Assembly (NCBI GenBank): GCA_024137785.1 | Contig: JAHRHZ010000087.1 | Location: 17,860,258 to 17,924,257, forward strand | DNA length: 64,000 nucleotides | Direction of reading: 5' to 3' | Origin: Ginglymostoma cirratum | Taxonomy: Eukaryota | Shown here: positions 59,950 through 64,000 of the stretch, piece after piece | How positions within the stretch are numbered: the first letter of the stretch is position 1 | Layout: each line of letters begins with the position of its first letter | Position numbers and translations under genes: made by a program | Notes under the pieces: generated by a model | Databases searched by the model: none | What the model saw: the letters and a program-made list of their open reading frames with translations, nothing else | Told to the model about the DNA's origin: nothing

Positions 59950-61330
59950 GCCATTCACCAGATATCTGCCGAAAGATTGTTCTCCCTGGCACGTGCATCA
60001 AAAGACTGCGGTATACTTGGAGAAATGTGGCATTATGAAGTTGCCCTTCCTGATTGATGACAGAGTCCAAATATGTTGGACAAGGGGAAGATGGTGCTGT
60101 GATTCTCTGATAAGGACCTCAAGATCCTGTCGAGAGTGTGGTGCAAAGGAGAGGAATCGTGTTCCCAGAGGAAGCCGCACGTCAGACTGTGGCAACCTGA
60201 TCCGAGGTCGTCCTCCGGCTCATTCCTGAGGAGGAATGGCCAGCAGTAGTGTATAAAAGGTCACTGACCTTCTCCATCACCCCAGCCATTGGTTCTCAGG
60301 ATTGAAGGCATGCTGACAGGGGGATGGGGACCCTGGCATGGACTTCAGGTCTTCATTCCTCACCAGTGCCGGGGGCATACAGCTGGAGGTGGTACCACAC
60401 ACTGACCCCTCAGAAATCTCCACTCAGGACATTTCAGAGGTGCCTGTGTCTTGCACCTCCACCCTATTTGCCATTGTTGTGACCTTTGGAGAAGTTGAAG
60501 CCAAACAGGACTCACTTGCCTCTGGCAAGAAGTCCCTCCTCATGTCTGGCCTGTCCAGACAGAAATGTCCCTGGGGTTTCCTGACCAAACCACCAGGGCC
60601 AGCAGGCAGCACTGCTGATCAGGCTGTCTCCACCCCAGCTGCAGAACCAGTTATTGCACTATGGCGTAGGGAGCGGGATAGGAAGAGAAAACTTATTGAG
60701 GCGACTTTTGTGGCTCAGGTGACAATGCACATTTGTGTAAATTTAACTGTTTTGATGAGACATCTAGCTCTTTGCCTTTCTGTGTAGCCCCAGAATGTAA
60801 GTGTGTCAGTGTGCTGCTTAATTTCACAGAGACATAGGATGTACTATAGAACGGCGTCCATGGTGAGAGCCAGCTGCATCATGGAGCAGCAAGAGAATCA
60901 AGGCGTATACAGGATGAGGGACCTGCTGCCACCATTAACCCTCATCTTACACATCCCTACTGTTTCTCTGGCTGCTGGTCTGAAAGTGCTGGTATAGATG
61001 AGGTGGTCAGCGATGTCAGCAGCAGGGAGGTACACTATGTGTTAGGATGGCCAGGGATTAGGACCCCGTCAGTCTGTGGACCTGTGCAGCGCATGGATCT
61101 GTGTATAACATTTCTCCCATTGAAGGTCCTCAAATCAATGGGTCCTACAGCTCCCTCTCTCCCACCCCACCTGCTCAGGTTGTGATCACAGCCATTTTCT
61201 TTCCCATTGGCATAAAAATAAAAGATGCAGTGAGATGCTCCTGATGTTCAGATAGGCCTTAGACTTGCTTCCTGATTTTGCCATACATCTCACTATCGTC
61301 CACATCATTCAGACTGGATAAGATTCCTTT
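59950..61330 (+). mobile_element. Decayed PIF/Harbinger-type element carrying a Myb/SANT-like remnant (about 60070-60275)
   Basis: Across frameshifts: FSDKDLKIL..ESVVQRRGIVFP...T*SEV...RRNGQQ, fitting the RF..LE.L...V..RR..LFP...W.EVA...R..QQC pattern. Confidence 0.55.
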
Positions 61331-62351
61331 CAGAGTTTTGAAGGTGCTTGGGGCTGAGATTGATGACATCAGTGCTGAGTGAAACTGATGAGCAAATATG
61401 TGAAATCTATCTCGTTTGTATCTATCGCTTAAATTACAGTTTATAGTCTATAATCAATTAAAACCTGTCATTTTATTAAATTATGTTGATTTTTGGTTTG
61501 ATTGTTATAGATAAAATTTCAAGAGGCATTTTTTGAACTTTGGTTTTCTTATTGGGCTCATTCCATTTCTTTTGGTCTGTGGGTCTCTACAGAAATCATG
61601 ACAACTGTCATTAAGAATTATATTGGTGTTGAAACTACATTGAAGGCAGATAAATGAGCCCACACCAAACAATTCATCTTTTAACATTCAATACATTTCT
61701 AACTTGGCTAAAGCGATTAGTATCTACATAAGATATATCCTATGTGTGGGAAAGCTGTGAAAACAGGGAGATGCCAAACACATATTGAGGTTGTAACCTT
61801 GCAAATAACTGACAAAGATCATGACAGCAAAATAAACCATCAACTAAGCATGGCAAATTGAGAAAAGAACAGTGCACTGAATGGACATGACACTACCTGA
61901 AGTGTAGAGTGAGAGTTTTGTTACGATTTCAATTCAATTTCTCAACACGTACCCTTGCCTGTAATGATGTATAGATATAAATTCATCCCATGCGATTTTG
62001 AATCACCAAGAAAGTGATATTTTGATAAATGCACCTTCAAACATTACAACAAATGCATGTTCGAAATCTCAGAACAGAATGTGTTAAAATGATGAAAAAT
62101 GACAAGCAGTGTGGAAAATAGTGGATACTGGTTTTGCTGGATAGATGGTAGCAATACATGCACCCACTGTTTCATTCTCAGTAATAAACTTCTTTTACTC
62201 ATAGACTTGTTGCAGCTAAAGAAATCAGTCCAGTATTTTTAACTACTGGTGGTGTCTATCAACTGACCCTCTCCAGTAATATTAACTTCTCTATTTAGTA
62301 ACAAAATACCTTTATGTATCAATGACATTACTTGAACTTGTTTTCAATCAG

Positions 62352-62373
62352 CTGAACAAAACGATAGTTACAT
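62352..62373 (+). CDS. Candidate 22-nt exon
   Basis: TTGTTTTCAATCAG acceptor and GTAAGT donor, in unique sequence. Confidence 0.3.
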
Positions 62374-63668
62374 GTAAGTGCAATCATTATGTCATTATTA
62401 ATGGTTATCTGCTTTTCACACCCTCTCATTATCACTGAGGGATCGTTGTAAATTCACAGTTTTACTACTCAAAGAGGTTATTAAAGGATTAACTATCTTT
62501 GATGTGAGGTTATAAATACAAACATTTGTTTATGTAAGGCACTAAGACATGAGGGGATTTAGATCTTTTGAACAGACATGCATGAATGGAAGTTTTGTTT
62601 TACATAATGAAGTCTCTAATAGATATTTAAAATTTTATTTTATTTCACTTGATCACAGCTCACAGTACTGGCATGGAGTGCATATGGGCAAAATGTGGTG
62701 AGTGAGGACGTGAAAAGGCACTAAGTTAGCATAGGGGCTTTTGGGGCCATGGGACTGATGGGGCATGTGGGTTGGAATAAAGGATGTGAGAGACCATTGG
62801 GGGTATGTGGGGGCATGGTTGATTTGAGTGGTATGGATGGGGCATGTCGGTAGATGGGAGCTGAAGGGGTGTGAGGGCCAGAGGGGGCCTAACTTTAAGA
62901 AAATAACTTTGATGCAGTCCCTGCAAGCCTCTTAAGTAGTTTGATGGTGGCAGGTCCAAGTCCATCCTACACCTTATCCTCTATAAAAATGATCTGCCAT
63001 TTTGATCACTTTTTCTAGAGGCAGGCAGCATGAGTCAGAAAATTTCCCAGTTTGACATAGGAGTGAAAATCTAGACCTACGTTCATGTGAAATAGAGTCA
63101 GTATCCAATAGTTAAAATGTGGTTTACACCTGCAATGGATCAATAAATCAAAAGTCTATATCACAACTCTGGTATAGGCTACAAAACCTGGAAGGTGATT
63201 GGAGAAGAGAAAATAATGAAAGGGACTCCAATTATGAGTTTACTATTGTTATGGCTCAGAGACTTCTGAACACTCCAAACCACTGTTTGGATATTGAAAA
63301 TTTAGAGCTTCAGTGACAGATTGAAGACGCCAAATTTTACAATATAATGGATTTCTGTCTCTTGGAGGCTAAAAATCATATTGTAGATGTGATATGATTG
63401 CGGGGAAAAAATAATACATAATGAACTATGGTGCATTACATTGCTGTAATTTCTATTTGCTGTGTGCTTATTATGAGTGTACCTATTAAAGTGCATGTAA
63501 GGTAATGCATAGTGCAAAATTATATATAATTTGTAATAGATGCAAGAAAACAGAAGCCAAGCTATAAATATAATTGTTTATAACTAAAAACATCTACAAT
63601 CTACATTTTTTTCACCCCCACCACATTTTCTTCCAGCTTTCTCTATTTCTCTATTTCCTTTTTTTAAG

Positions 63669-63715
63669 GTGATTGTTCCTTGAAGAATGGAAAGTGGATG
63701 CAAACATTTTGTTGA
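63669..63715 (+). CDS. Candidate terminal exon start (xDCSLKNGKWMQTFC*)
   Basis: Very long polypyrimidine tract (about 63625-63665) ending TTAAG. Phase-1 frame is open to TGA at 63713-63715. Confidence 0.25.
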
Positions 63716-64000
63716 ATGGAGCCAGGGTTCATGTGACACACTTTATGGGACTTCTGTCCATCCCATTGCTCTGTATGGCTGAAAAAAATACATTGGGTGT
63801 AATTTTTGCTTTACTTGTGTGGTGTCAGTAAAGGCAACTTTAGAACTTTGGCATTGCATTTCATTAGAGCTCTGCCTTGGCCTTATTTCTACACCACCTG
63901 CAATTCTCCTCCTTGCAAATTCCTAATATGTAAATTAGAGTGGGGGCCATGTGGCTGCAGTTCACCGAATCCTTGTCATGATAGTGATCAAAGTGCTTCT

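Overview
This is repeat-dense, AT-rich vertebrate DNA, almost certainly from a shark, inferred from HE1/V-SINEs, CR1/HER1-like LINEs, Neptune-type Penelope elements and SacSINE/Deu-like SINEs. There is no prokaryotic gene organisation and no intact host gene. Nearly all ORFs in the track are transposon debris or chance. Contents: (i) a 5'-truncated Penelope-like element (RT, Cys linker, GIY-YIG) with an inverted terminal copy at 1-2360, plus further PLE fragments; (ii) about a dozen 90-190 bp PLE-terminus mini-insertions of two families, built around a minimal hammerhead ribozyme core (CUGANGA...GAAAC-GUH), several with fold-back junctions and 10-17 bp target duplications; (iii) two RTE LINE relics, more than ten CR1 fragments, an L2 tail and several SINE families; (iv) a Gypsy relic with PPT and 3' LTR; (v) two decayed PIF/Harbinger Myb/SANT genes, one retaining an intron; (vi) a few isolated + strand exon candidates (best 21397-21461), suggesting the window is intronic to an unidentified large gene; (vii) a 400-N assembly gap inside a palindromic PLE insertion. 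The hammerhead-bearing fold-back mini-elements are the most interesting signal. Family names come from motif recognition, not database searches, and boundaries of old repeats are approximate.
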